From an uncultured virus (IMG/VR IMGVR_UViG_3300017931_000006) (Duplodnaviria > Heunggongvirae > Uroviricota > Caudoviricetes > Crassvirales), in the IMG/VR virus record IMGVR_UViG_3300017931_000006: 64,000 nt of DNA. The stretch is one strand, 5' to 3'. This document shows positions 27,376-37,702 of the stretch, piece after piece. Every line of letters starts with the position of its first letter. The stretch's first letter is position 1. Under the pieces are notes generated by a model that was not told the DNA's origin, did no database searches, and saw nothing but the letters and a program-made list of their open reading frames with translations. The position numbers and the translations under genes were made by a program.

Positions 27376-29823
27376 TTAAGTTTGTTGTGCTGGGGATGGC
27401 ATATTATTTTGTTGTACTTTTGGTGGCTGATTGTTAGGTTGTTGTGGGCTCCCATTAATTCCCGGGACCTGACCGGCATCAATATTTGCCTGAGCATTTA
27501 TTTTATGATCTTCGAGTTCTTGCTGTAGAGCATAATCTACAACTAACAATCTAGCCTTGTTTAGCGTCATCTCGGTATCTTCTTTTATCTTCAGATCCGA
27601 CAGCGCCTTTTCTTTTGCAAGTTCGGCCTGCGCTTGTTTTGCGTCTTTCTCTTCAGCCATCTTGCCTGCAAGGAGTTGTGCATCGTTAGCTTTTTTATCA
27701 TTAGCCTCTCTGGCCTTGGTTTCTTTGTAGGCCATATAAGCCCTGATGTCATCAAGGTTACAGTTTTCCTGAAGCTTTGATAACACAAACAAATATTCGG
27801 CGTAAGACAAGATAGGAACACCGTCCTTCCCTAATCCTAGAGCAGCTTTAGCAGCATCTTCTACCTTAGCTTTCATCTCAGCATCTACCACTGCTACTAT
27901 ATTGAATCCCCAGTAAACAGGAGGGAATGGCCCCGCTCCCTTTATGGCATTGAACTTCTGAGGGCCAAGCATTTCATAATAAGGAGAATTTATGCCTTCA
28001 GCCCCTAATATTGAACTATGGATCTTTAGTGCTGAGTATTGAGCGCAATTTTCTTTTATGGTTATCCACCCGGTATAAATAGGTCCTAGGGTCTGATCAG
28101 TAGTATCCAGAGCCACCCTCGTCACGCCAAGGCCCTGCTCTGACTTAGGATTCCCACCCACGGCGATATCAGCTATGCCAGAGATCCTATTCAACTCATT
28201 GAACGCAAGTTGTAATGAATTGGCGGCAGCCATTACAGCGTTGTTATAACCACCCTCTATCCGTTCTACTGGATTTTGAATACCAATAGGCTGCCCGTTC
28301 TCTAGCGGCGCAACTCGATAAAGTAGTTTTCCTGTATTTGAGTACACTTTAAGCACATCCAATGGATGAAGTGTTTTCTTTCCGATTTTTATATTAGTAA
28401 TAGAGCTTATCTCTATCTTCAAGCCATCAGGAGGCGCCATAGCCCGGTCATTCTGAAGATGCAGGTGTGTTAACTGGATGTCATCAGCTATCGGGATCAT
28501 AGACTCGACCATCGGTTTTCCCGGCAATCTATAAAGCATGAACGGGAGCTTAACATCTTTAGCAAAGAAGTCAAAAGGAAGATCCTCTACCTTCTTACAT
28601 CCAAAGATAAAATTAGAGTCGGCAATCCATTTACTCATATAAAGAACCCTCTGCCCCTCTCTCTCAGTCACCCTGTTCTCAGCGTTTTCTTTCGTATACA
28701 TCTTAGGAGGGACAAACTTATTTATATAAGTCTTGCCATCTTGCCCTATCCTACGATCTATCCTCCATGGCTCATTATAAACCCTACCAGTTCCGTCTGT
28801 GAGATAGGTTTTATATTGAACATCAAGGCTTTTATAGAAAGACATGAAAACAGGGATTCTTACGTCATCATACCATATCCCTCCATCCCTTCTTTCCACG
28901 CCGTACATGACACCTTCTTTCTTCTTTGACCATTTCCTTGCTATCTTTAGGAGCTCATCTTCAGAAAGGCCAGACTCAGCCCGGACATCCATAATGGTCA
29001 TCCATAAAAGCAGGGACCCATAGGAAGCGTCTGAGTAATCTTCATCATCACAATCCTCAATGATCAGATCAGCAAAGTCTATGTATGTGTTTTTTGTCAC
29101 TCCTCCAATGTCATTATGACACCATACAGCAGCCTTACCATTGGAAACTAAGTCATAAATAACTCTTCGTTTTATCTTTTTTATCTTGGAAAGATTCTCG
29201 GTAAGTGTGATGGCGTCCTTCATCGACATTTCGTAGGCAAGCTTGAAAGATCCTATCTTATCCATCAATTCCATTTCTTCTACACTCTTAGGCGCTACCG
29301 GCTCTTTTATTCCTATCCCTTGCACTTGCCGGATGTATTCAAACATTGGTTTGTTTGCGCCTTCGATAAACGACTGCCATTTGAGCTGCCTCTTCATGGA
29401 TGTAGAATTTTCATCCACAGCAGTAACTTTTATCTCATGCTCCGATTTATCCATGATGGACTGGACGGCTAGCATGATATTGGGGATGGGGGAGAAGATC
29501 TGGTCAAAGTTGACAGACATCATGGTTTCGCCATGCTTGAACAAGGGCTCAAACTGCTCGTCACCAACCATCCTAGGGCCTCTGGTCTCAGGGACTAAAA
29601 GCCTTCTGTAGATGTCAGGAGACTGCCTTCCGGCTGCATAGTCTCTGTTAAGCTGAATTTGTTCTTGCTCGTAATTCTTTACGCCGGTGCAGCCAAGCAT
29701 GTATTGACCATATATATACTGGTTCCATGCAAGGTTCCATTCGTTACTTAGTTTATACGCGGGATCAACCTCATCAGAGGGACGCGAAAAGTTTTGGCTG
29801 GGAAATTTTTGTAAGGTAATCAT
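27376..29823 (-). CDS. Portal protein (crAss-like)
   Basis: 815 aa; RDYAAGRQSPDIYR, SMIPIADDIQLTHLHLQ, PPDG, VYSNTGKLLYR, LNRISGI motifs; coiled-coil C-terminus. Confidence 0.85.
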   Translation of the reverse strand: MITLQKFPSQNFSRPSDEVDPAYKLSNEWNLAWNQYIYGQYMLGCTGVKNYEQEQIQLNRDYAAGRQSPDIYRRLLVPETRGPRMVGDEQFEPLFKHGETMMSVNFDQIFSPIPNIMLAVQSIMDKSEHEIKVTAVDENSTSMKRQLKWQSFIEGANKPMFEYIRQVQGIGIKEPVAPKSVEEMELMDKIGSFKLAYEMSMKDAITLTENLSKIKKIKRRVIYDLVSNGKAAVWCHNDIGGVTKNTYIDFADLIIEDCDDEDYSDASYGSLLLWMTIMDVRAESGLSEDELLKIARKWSKKKEGVMYGVERRDGGIWYDDVRIPVFMSFYKSLDVQYKTYLTDGTGRVYNEPWRIDRRIGQDGKTYINKFVPPKMYTKENAENRVTEREGQRVLYMSKWIADSNFIFGCKKVEDLPFDFFAKDVKLPFMLYRLPGKPMVESMIPIADDIQLTHLHLQNDRAMAPPDGLKIEISSITNIKIGKKTLHPLDVLKVYSNTGKLLYRVAPLENGQPIGIQNPVERIEGGYNNAVMAAANSLQLAFNELNRISGIADIAVGGNPKSEQGLGVTRVALDTTDQTLGPIYTGWITIKENCAQYSALKIHSSILGAEGINSPYYEMLGPQKFNAIKGAGPFPPVYWGFNIVAVVDAEMKAKVEDAAKAALGLGKDGVPILSYAEYLFVLSKLQENCNLDDIRAYMAYKETKAREANDKKANDAQLLAGKMAEEKDAKQAQAELAKEKALSDLKIKEDTEMTLNKARLLVVDYALQQELEDHKINAQANIDAGQVPGINGSPQQPNNQPPKVQQNNMPSPAQQT

Positions 29824-29843
29824 AAGTTTATCTTCAGATGATT

Positions 29844-29880
29844 AAAAACAAAGGGTACGGGCTTTCACCAGCACCCTTTG
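29844..29880 (-). terminator. Terminator-like hairpin in the portal leader
   Basis: CAAAGGGTGC..GGT-GAAA-GCC..GTACCCTTTG followed by TTTTT on the minus strand. Confidence 0.6.
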
Positions 29881-29907
29881 AGGGAGAGAGATTAAAAGAG
29901 AACTCTG

Positions 29908-29939
29908 CAAATCTACAATACTGAAACATGGTAGGTCAA
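29908..29939 (-). promoter_or_regulatory. Bacteroidota sigma-A-type promoter upstream of portal
   Basis: TTGAC-N19-TAGATTTG. Confidence 0.75.
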
Positions 29940-29943
29940 GTAT

Positions 29944-30441
29944 TTACAAATTTACTTTTGCAACTAACTTAATAATAAAAAAGACGACAACACCGAGGAA
30001 GGCCATTCCACAGTACATAAGCCATTTCTGATACCATTTCAGCGGTTTATCAACGTATTGTATTTTTACTGTGACAACCTTTGACGCTGCTTTAACCACG
30101 ATATCCTTCCAGTGTAGATATATCTGCATGGTATCAACTGGAGGACATTCAACATAAAGAGTATCATGCCTGAATGACACCTTGGGGACACCAACGCCCT
30201 TTCCTGACTGGTATGAAATTATTTGTAACAGTCGAGCGTTGTTTCCCTCACAATTTATCAATCCTTTTAACCATGAGCTATCTGGAGGTATTTTAATTAT
30301 AGAATCGTGAGGTGTCACTGTAGTAATAACAGAGCTGGATGTATCTGAGCTGGCAGGCAAAGGATGATGCTTGGTGCACCAATTTGACATATCGCAACTG
30401 ACTAACATTGTCAGCGATATAAACAATATTATTTTTTTCAT
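29944..30441 (-). CDS. Putative unimolecular spanin
   Basis: Lipobox LVSC after a short signal plus a C-terminal hydrophobic helix; last gene of the lysis cassette. Confidence 0.65.
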   Translation of the reverse strand: MKKIILFISLTMLVSCDMSNWCTKHHPLPASSDTSSSVITTVTPHDSIIKIPPDSSWLKGLINCEGNNARLLQIISYQSGKGVGVPKVSFRHDTLYVECPPVDTMQIYLHWKDIVVKAASKVVTVKIQYVDKPLKWYQKWLMYCGMAFLGVVVFFIIKLVAKVNL

Positions 30442-30758
30442 GGTTGTTTTGCAGGGCCGGTAGGGCCTGTGGGATTTCCGATTCTTGCGCCATTAATAAG
30501 CTGACCTTTGGGGGCGAACCATTCTGGAATTGTTAATCCCAATGTAGCAAATATAGTCGCTATAGTCCCATAAAAAACGGTGTCATTGAGGGTTTTCCCT
30601 GCAATACTCGCTTCTACTTGCTGGACAAACATTATCAATGCTACATAAACCACAACCCGCTTACTTGATGCCATTCCTCCTTGGTCTTGAAGAAGACCCG
30701 ACATGAACGACCAAAATCTTAGCCATCCCTTAAAAAAGGCTGATTTCTCTTTTTCCAT
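30438..30758 (-). CDS. Putative holin
   Basis: 106 aa, two hydrophobic helices, SSKR motif, lysis cassette. Confidence 0.6.
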   Translation of the reverse strand: MEKEKSAFFKGWLRFWSFMSGLLQDQGGMASSKRVVVYVALIMFVQQVEASIAGKTLNDTVFYGTIATIFATLGLTIPEWFAPKGQLINGARIGNPTGPTGPAKQP

Positions 30759-30759
30759 T

Positions 30760-31398
30760 TTAGTGTATATTATTAATTACTAATAACTCGTTACCCAAGA
30801 AGAGCTCAAAAAAACTAATCACTAGTGGGTTTTTTGTATAATCTTTTGGCCTTATTCTGTTCCTGATCCTATAAGATGTCTCGTAACAATAATCAGCCAT
30901 CCTTCCTCCCCATCTTAGGGGCCACGAAAATCCATTGTATTTTATTGTAAATGAATGGCTGTTTATTTTTATAGTCAGTGAGAACCGGGTGAAAATATAC
31001 ACAATCCAAAATGCCAGATCCCAATAAGCGTAGGTCAGTGACACAGAGACAAGCTCTTGGGCATATCTCATCGCCTGATCTTTCTCGTAGTCATAGTAAC
31101 CTCCTTTGACCCTCACAACAAGGAAACTATCGTTAGGTCCGTAAACTTTCAAGAATTCATCAGGTTTATACCCCTTTACAACACTCTCGTACACATAAAG
31201 AACACCCCTGACCCAGAATAATATTCCGGCATGGGACCCGACAAATCCATTTAAGAATTTAAGCACCTCTGGGGAGATCGGAAACCTCTTCTGGTATTGT
31301 TTCATAAAAAAGATGATGGATCTACTTAGAAATGTCTTCCCAGCAACCACAAGCATATCCCCATCCTGAACATCTTTTATTCTCTCTTCCAGTGTCAT
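30760..31398 (-). CDS. Permuted papain-like (YiiX/YebB-type NlpC/P60) amidase
   Basis: GDMLVV, SHAG (His before Cys), VYES, YCYE; likely start MTLEE at 31398. Confidence 0.65.
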   Translation of the reverse strand: MTLEERIKDVQDGDMLVVAGKTFLSRSIIFFMKQYQKRFPISPEVLKFLNGFVGSHAGILFWVRGVLYVYESVVKGYKPDEFLKVYGPNDSFLVVRVKGGYYDYEKDQAMRYAQELVSVSLTYAYWDLAFWIVYIFTRFSLTIKINSHSFTIKYNGFSWPLRWGGRMADYCYETSYRIRNRIRPKDYTKNPLVISFFELFLGNELLVINNIH

Positions 31399-31901
31399 AA
31401 TGAAAATTGATAAGAACTCACCCTTGAGACCCACCCTTTCTCAAATTTCTCCTGAGTGGGATCATTTAAAATAATGTCGTTAATAAAAACAAACCTTGCC
31501 TGTTTTATCTTTTCAAACAAAGAACCTTGGTCGGCACCGTTCAAGGCTGCCAAGGTAGCAGGACCTACAGCGCCATCAGCCTTAACCCCTAATATTCTCT
31601 GAGGGATGGTTATGCCCCAATGGCCACTTCCCCAAACCCAGTCAACTAATATCTCTGCTACACTCTGGTTGTTAATCTGATCGGCCTTCCATCGGTCCCA
31701 GAAATATTTCTTCAGAACCATGGTAAACTGATCTATGGTCATATTCTTGAGATCTTCAACGGTTTTATCCCGGCCAAACACCGCTTGGAATGTCACAAAC
31801 GTAACTCCCATATTAGTAGCACCACCTTTATCTACCGGGTCATCTACAAAACCACCTTCAAATTGAAGTATCTTAGGTGAAAACAAACTTATATCAGCCA
31901 T
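31395..31901 (-). CDS. Endolysin, glycoside hydrolase family 108 with peptidoglycan-binding C-terminus
   Basis: EGGFVDDPVDKGGATNMGVT; DGAVGPATL; F.KGW.SR. Confidence 0.92.
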   Translation of the reverse strand: MADISLFSPKILQFEGGFVDDPVDKGGATNMGVTFVTFQAVFGRDKTVEDLKNMTIDQFTMVLKKYFWDRWKADQINNQSVAEILVDWVWGSGHWGITIPQRILGVKADGAVGPATLAALNGADQGSLFEKIKQARFVFINDIILNDPTQEKFEKGWVSRVSSYQFSL

Positions 31902-31903
31902 AA

Positions 31904-32110
31904 TTAATATCTATGATGGGCAGACAAATTGATATTCGTCCATCCAATTAGATTAAAAAGGAATATCAGCGCAATAATCACGCAGACCACAAGAACGAAG
32001 ACGTTAATAAACTTCTTGATTCCGGCACTCATTGGGATATAAGTGTTTATAACCCACATCACAAAGCCTATAACTACAAAGGCAATGAGAAGATACAAAA
32101 ATGTTGGCAT
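31904..32110 (-). CDS. Small two-helix membrane protein (Thivi_2564-like)
   Basis: Hydrophobic helix - INTYIPM - hydrophobic helix. Confidence 0.6.
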   Translation of the reverse strand: MPTFLYLLIAFVVIGFVMWVINTYIPMSAGIKKFINVFVLVVCVIIALIFLFNLIGWTNINLSAHHRY

Positions 32111-32139
32111 ATTATTAGTTTTAAAATTAATGATAATAA

Positions 32140-32607
32140 TTATTTTTTACTTTTCATTTCTTCTTCCCTCAACGCTTCCAATCTTGCGATAGACTTGCCG
32201 ACCGAATTCGTTGTTTCAAATAATTGTTTAATACTATCCATTATACTTTTATGATCCCCCTTATTGTCCTCCACAAATTCAGTTATACGTTGGCCAAGAA
32301 ACTGTTCTAACCCTTTTGTCCCTGACCTTATAGCTTGTACTCGCAATTCAATTTCGGCTTCTATTGCCGCTACCCTCACCTTGTTTGCCTCCTCAATGCC
32401 CTTTATTTCTAGAGCAATTTCGGCTTTTATTCCCGTCATTTTTGTATCAGTCTCCTTACACAAGTTCTCTATTTTAAGATCAATGTCCGATTTATTTGCG
32501 GCAACCTTGCTTATGATATCAGCAATCTTAACATTGAGGCGCAACCATACGCCTATTATGCCGCCGCAGACGACAATTAACGATATCCACTCTTGAAAGC
32601 TTAACAT
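32140..32607 (-). CDS. Membrane-anchored coiled-coil protein (lysis-associated)
   Basis: N-terminal hydrophobic helix then heptad pattern. Confidence 0.55.
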   Translation of the reverse strand: MLSFQEWISLIVVCGGIIGVWLRLNVKIADIISKVAANKSDIDLKIENLCKETDTKMTGIKAEIALEIKGIEEANKVRVAAIEAEIELRVQAIRSGTKGLEQFLGQRITEFVEDNKGDHKSIMDSIKQLFETTNSVGKSIARLEALREEEMKSKK

Positions 32608-32614
32608 ATAGAAA

Positions 32615-32929
32615 TTATTTTAAATTGAGTTTTAATTCTTTTATTTCTTTGTCCCTTGCCGCACGATATCCTACTTGCTTGGCGCTATCTATTGTCTTTT
32701 GTTCTTCCAGCCACGTTACCCGTCTTAACAAGTCACCATAATTTTGCTGAACAACAGGGAAGTCGTGGTATAACTTTGGCAGAAATCTCAAATACGACCC
32801 ACACCAAAGCATTCCTGCGGTAAAGATAGTTCCGAATATAACAAGAACTACCTGCTCTTCAAGTTTACGCTTGATCCCTTTCCAAAAAGAGGCTGCTGTT
32901 ATTTTTTTTATGGGCATGGGCATGTACAT
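32615..32929 (-). CDS. Small membrane protein
   Basis: One hydrophobic helix plus short coiled coil. Confidence 0.5.
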   Translation of the reverse strand: MYMPMPIKKITAASFWKGIKRKLEEQVVLVIFGTIFTAGMLWCGSYLRFLPKLYHDFPVVQQNYGDLLRRVTWLEEQKTIDSAKQVGYRAARDKEIKELKLNLK

Positions 32930-35043
32930 TTATTTACTCTTACAGAATAGGAATAAGTTCCACTCGAGCCATAAGCATTTACAGCCTTGACGGTAACATT
33001 GCCGTTTTGGCCATTATTACCAACGGTTACGGTGATTGTATTCGTCCCCTGCCCATTAGTTATCGACCACCCATAAGGGATGGTCCATGTATAAGAAGTA
33101 GCATAAAGGATCGTATTTGTAGTGTAAACAACTCCTATTTTGTTGTGGCATGGGTAATTATCACCCGCCACCTGCGTAGGTGTTGAAGGAACTACGCCAG
33201 TTACTGTTACCACCTTGCTATTAGCAGCACTCGTACCACAAGAATTCCCCGCCTTAACAGTTATATATCCAGTCTGTCCCGCTACTGTTCCCGCGGTTAT
33301 CCTTATATTTATCGTTCCCTGCCCGCTATTTATCACCCATCCAGTAGGGACCGTCCATGTATATGTAGTCGCACCAGTTACAGCAGAAATAGAATAATTA
33401 GCAGCCGCACTTGGCAACTGAGAACTTGATCCAGATATAGCCCCCGGTGTAGCTGGAGTAGCAGTCACCGTTGCATATAAATTACGAGCGGGGCTATTCC
33501 CTGCTGAATTGGTAGCAATGACTGATATATTACCCGAAGTACCTACATTAGCAGTAATAGACGTACTTCCCTGTCCTGACATAATAACCCATCCTGTAGG
33601 CGCTGTCCATACATAAGAAGTTGCACCCGATACAGAGGCTATACTGTAACTCTGTCCCGTCATCCCAGAACACTGCGAGGTCACACCTATTATTACTCCC
33701 GGCTGTGCAGGAGGAACAGGAGCGGTAGTCCCATTTTCATAAACCCCAATATCAGGGGCATTCCCCTGATTCCTTGCATTTCCAAATTTATCCAGAGTGA
33801 TCCCTTCTGTATTACTCCATCCTGCATCTATCAAGGGGGAACCTGTATTAGTCATATAGCTCGTATCTGTAAACATGGCGGGAGTAGCACTTGCGTTGCC
33901 ATAGTTGTTTGTTATTGTAATCGAAGGATAGCCGTTATTAACAATATAACTTCCGCTTATACCCGGATGAATAATACAGTTGTCTGCTATTACCGAAGTG
34001 GTCGCTTTCTGGCTTGCGAAATCTATCCCCGATGTTTTGGGATTAATAATAGTGTTGAACATAAAGTAGTAATAGTTTCCCTGAATGACCCCAATGTCAT
34101 TAGTGTAAAATCCGTAACAGGGGTAACTCTGATCTCCCGGATAATAATTCAATCCCGGGTTAACAATCACATTATTGTAAATTTTATAATTACCAAGTCC
34201 GAAGTTCTCTATGCCATCCCCGTTTCCGTTCTCTATATAATTATCGTAACAATCTCCCTGAGTCCCACCACCTATGAGTATTCCCGATCTTTGAGACGCT
34301 GTACTTGATTGACTGTCATACATTACAAGATTGTCATGGATAGATGAATTAAGAGCAGAAGAGACCTGTATCCCATCCCATCCTGCATGATCAACAATGT
34401 TATTATAGACCTGAACCCCGTTTAATATTGAGGGATAAAGAGTCGTGTCTCTACCATTACAAGTTAGATCCCATCCAAAATAATGAGTGTTGCCAATGTA
34501 CATCCCTTCATTTACAGTAACATGAATCAAACAATCATGGATGATAGTATTATATTGAGTAAACTTTTCCCTTGTGGCGTACCCCGAACAATCGGGATCG
34601 GTCTTTAAACTCATACCCATTAACGCACATGAGTCTATACGGATATTACAAGCCTCGACATCCGACGCGGTATCTCCTATCGCCAATCCTGCGCCATTTG
34701 GATGGGTGACATGAAATCCATATTTATCTGCCGTTCCTGTACCTGTGAATTTTATATACCTGCAACCCCCTATTTTGATACCATATGTGAAGTTTCTACC
34801 ACAGGTAACTACACCCCCATAATTCGTAACTACTATCGGGGCAATGGAAGTACCCCTGAAATTCTTGAGGTAGATATACCCCCATGTGCCTGATGTCAAA
34901 AGCAAGGTATCACCACCATGAAGTGTGTTATACGGTGCCGATGTCCCTACCATATAGGTTGTGTTAGTGGCAACAATCAAATGCCCAGCACTTGTATAAA
35001 GCGTAGTCATAAATAATGCCAAAATTAAAATGATCTTTTTCAT
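32908..35043 (-). CDS. Secreted-type right-handed beta-helix protein with three PKD-like repeats
   Basis: MKKIILILALFMTTLYTSA signal; GWDGIQV and IHDN beta-helix turns; SPLIDAG..PDIGVYE; 3x ATSY.WT.P.GW.I.SGQG. Confidence 0.75.
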   Translation of the reverse strand: MKKIILILALFMTTLYTSAGHLIVATNTTYMVGTSAPYNTLHGGDTLLLTSGTWGYIYLKNFRGTSIAPIVVTNYGGVVTCGRNFTYGIKIGGCRYIKFTGTGTADKYGFHVTHPNGAGLAIGDTASDVEACNIRIDSCALMGMSLKTDPDCSGYATREKFTQYNTIIHDCLIHVTVNEGMYIGNTHYFGWDLTCNGRDTTLYPSILNGVQVYNNIVDHAGWDGIQVSSALNSSIHDNLVMYDSQSSTASQRSGILIGGGTQGDCYDNYIENGNGDGIENFGLGNYKIYNNVIVNPGLNYYPGDQSYPCYGFYTNDIGVIQGNYYYFMFNTIINPKTSGIDFASQKATTSVIADNCIIHPGISGSYIVNNGYPSITITNNYGNASATPAMFTDTSYMTNTGSPLIDAGWSNTEGITLDKFGNARNQGNAPDIGVYENGTTAPVPPAQPGVIIGVTSQCSGMTGQSYSIASVSGATSYVWTAPTGWVIMSGQGSTSITANVGTSGNISVIATNSAGNSPARNLYATVTATPATPGAISGSSSQLPSAAANYSISAVTGATTYTWTVPTGWVINSGQGTINIRITAGTVAGQTGYITVKAGNSCGTSAANSKVVTVTGVVPSTPTQVAGDNYPCHNKIGVVYTTNTILYATSYTWTIPYGWSITNGQGTNTITVTVGNNGQNGNVTVKAVNAYGSSGTYSYSVRVNKCTCPCP

Positions 35044-35044
35044 G

Positions 35045-37702
35045 TTAAAAGCCCTCAATAAATAAAAAGCCTGTTACTCCGGCTGTTGCTGTTATCGTTA
35101 ATGTCGTTGTGTTTGTTGAAGTTACGGCTGTACATGACGAAGAACCGTAAATATTTGGTGTGTGTGCAAATGCAGTAGGATAGTTAAAAGTACACCCTGC
35201 ATCATTCATAGCGTTGAAATAAACTACTGCCTTTTTATAACTTGAACCCTGAAACGGCATACTCCAAACAACCGACCCCGATGAAGAGCCATTGATAGTG
35301 TGCTGATAAGTGGATAGTAAAAGGCTGTCACTTACAGTTGAAAAACTCGTTGGAAGTTTTCTCATTTCAGGTATACCTGTTGTTAGATTTCTTTCAAGAC
35401 AGGAATCGGCTATTGTAGCAGAGGTGTTGTCATATTTTAATTTTAAATATTTTCTTGGCTGAACCGTGTCGGCATTTAGTTGTAAAAGAGAATTTGGGAA
35501 TACTCCATATATTAAAGCTGTGTCTCTACCACCATAGGTATTATGGATAATAAGTTTATTACTACCCAATTCTTTATACCCTGCCATAAGTCCAATAGCA
35601 ACATTTCCTGTGCCTGTACTATTATTACCCAATGCGCCCCATCCTATCCCCGTGTTCTGCCCGCCGCTTGTTATATGAAACATAGACATTTGACCAACCG
35701 ATGTATTATAATCAGCCGTATTATTATTTAGTGCCTTTGACCCTATTGCTGTATTATAATTACCTGTTGAACCCTGTTGCATCGCATCCTCCCCTACTGC
35801 AACATTTTGAACACCAGAATTGTTATTTGATATTGCGGCTTGCCCTACTGCTGTGTTATAACCATTATGAATAGCGTGTAACAAAGAAGCATCACCCATA
35901 GCAGTATTATAAGGTGCATCAATATTATTTTCAAGTGCTAACGAGCCGAAAGCTGCACATCGTATTCCTCTATTTACTTCACCAGCTCTATATCCAAATG
36001 CTGTAAACCTATATACACTATCAATAATACCTGAAAACTTATTATTAAAGCGAAAGATTAAAGGAATAGTGTCTGTAGTACCTATAAAATTACTTGCCCT
36101 TGTGGTATTAGAATTACCGTTAATATCCCAATAGTTAGTTGCTGTCGGAATAGGTTTTCTATATACCTGATGCCCAATGCTGTCCCATGTCAACATTGAA
36201 TTTCCACCTGAAAATACTGTGTCTAATTTTGTTCTGCCTCCTACGTGAAGTGCATAATTGAAATTAGAGGAACAGTCAAGACCTTCTCCATTAACACTAT
36301 GAATATACCCACCAGTAGAATTGACACTTTGTCCCTCCAATCCATAATTATTGACACTTATAAAAGTACCACCCTCACCTGTTGATGAAGCGTAACCATA
36401 AAAAGCGTTGCCTGTGGTTGTGTTAGAGGTTATACCTGTTACCGATCCTGCATTTACGTATTCGTTACCGATAATATCAAGACTTGCGTTTAGAGGACGT
36501 GTGCCTATGCCAACGCTATCATCGCATTTTACATTTCCCTGTGCTTCAATAGCCAATCCGTTACACGTAGTAGCCACCAATGCGGTGTTAGAACAAGAGA
36601 AAGTATTTAATGCTACTGCTGAATCATTTTCAAAGTTTCCGTTGCCGATAACATGTAAGACATCATAATTTAACTTGTTTCCAATTACAACGCTATCGTT
36701 CACTTTGGGAATTATTCTGTGCTGAACAATCTTCAATAGCGAAGTATCAGATAGTGGTGCATAAACTTGTGCCTTGCTTATATCAACCCATTTACAACCG
36801 ATTACATTTCCGGCTGAATCATATTCGTTTTGGTGTTGCCACCTTGTGCTGTCGCTTATGGCGTAAATTGTTAGCCCTGTACAGCCTAAATCTATCCCGT
36901 TGGTGTCGTGTACTATTGTATCAGCACCCAAAGCTAAAATAGGGAATAGGTCTATTGTGTCGTCTGCTGACGGTGCAAACATATACAAAGGTTTGTGATA
37001 CAAAATCTGTCCCCAATGATAGATAACATTACCAAAGAACTTACCAGCACTTCCATATTTATTGTTATTGACAGCATAAAAAGCATCACCCGTGTCTGAC
37101 CGAAAATAAGTGGCATTACCGTTATGGGTTCTGACAAACAAACCTGTGCCTATGGGTAAGTTAATATCCACCAACGGGGAATCAGGAATAGTGGTTGTCG
37201 AAATCTCTACTCCGTCTATCGGTTGCCCTGTGGCATCAACAACTAATCTGTTTGCTGTTAAGTCTTTTGTGTTTACCGTATCTCTTTTACTTGTTTGAGA
37301 AGAAACGGGATAGTGGTCTACCCATGGGATATAACCAGCCAAATCGGTAAGAGAAACATAACTTTCATTTTTAAAGATCCACCCTGATCCGTTCCAGTAA
37401 GCATAACCGTTTGACTTTGTGATATACGGTTCCCATGATCCATAAGACCCAGCTCCTCCGTTTAACTTAACATAATGATGGCTAGCAAAGACTGTGGTCA
37501 TTGAGTCCCCTATACCAAATACCTGTACGGTAGTTTTATAAAAGGCATTACTGTCATCAACAAAAATAATGGATTTAACCGGTATATTAATGCCAAATTG
37601 TTCATGTATCGTCTGAATCCAGAGCCCGGCAATTTTCTTGATCCCGGTTCCATAAGAACTAATGGCAAGTGCCAAAAAGAAAAATATCAATATTTTTTTC
37701 AT
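35045..37702 (-). CDS. Signal-peptide-bearing fibre/adhesin-like protein with YadA-head-like repeats
   Basis: MKKILIFFFLALAISSYG signal; WDINGN..NFIGTTD; tandem 14-aa NTA.G..A repeats. Confidence 0.7.
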   Translation of the reverse strand: MKKILIFFFLALAISSYGTGIKKIAGLWIQTIHEQFGINIPVKSIIFVDDSNAFYKTTVQVFGIGDSMTTVFASHHYVKLNGGAGSYGSWEPYITKSNGYAYWNGSGWIFKNESYVSLTDLAGYIPWVDHYPVSSQTSKRDTVNTKDLTANRLVVDATGQPIDGVEISTTTIPDSPLVDINLPIGTGLFVRTHNGNATYFRSDTGDAFYAVNNNKYGSAGKFFGNVIYHWGQILYHKPLYMFAPSADDTIDLFPILALGADTIVHDTNGIDLGCTGLTIYAISDSTRWQHQNEYDSAGNVIGCKWVDISKAQVYAPLSDTSLLKIVQHRIIPKVNDSVVIGNKLNYDVLHVIGNGNFENDSAVALNTFSCSNTALVATTCNGLAIEAQGNVKCDDSVGIGTRPLNASLDIIGNEYVNAGSVTGITSNTTTGNAFYGYASSTGEGGTFISVNNYGLEGQSVNSTGGYIHSVNGEGLDCSSNFNYALHVGGRTKLDTVFSGGNSMLTWDSIGHQVYRKPIPTATNYWDINGNSNTTRASNFIGTTDTIPLIFRFNNKFSGIIDSVYRFTAFGYRAGEVNRGIRCAAFGSLALENNIDAPYNTAMGDASLLHAIHNGYNTAVGQAAISNNNSGVQNVAVGEDAMQQGSTGNYNTAIGSKALNNNTADYNTSVGQMSMFHITSGGQNTGIGWGALGNNSTGTGNVAIGLMAGYKELGSNKLIIHNTYGGRDTALIYGVFPNSLLQLNADTVQPRKYLKLKYDNTSATIADSCLERNLTTGIPEMRKLPTSFSTVSDSLLLSTYQHTINGSSSGSVVWSMPFQGSSYKKAVVYFNAMNDAGCTFNYPTAFAHTPNIYGSSSCTAVTSTNTTTLTITATAGVTGFLFIEGF

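Noticed and set aside
33935..33943. TTATTAACA copy
   Set aside because: Inside an Asn-rich coding region with no nearby promoter; likely chance.
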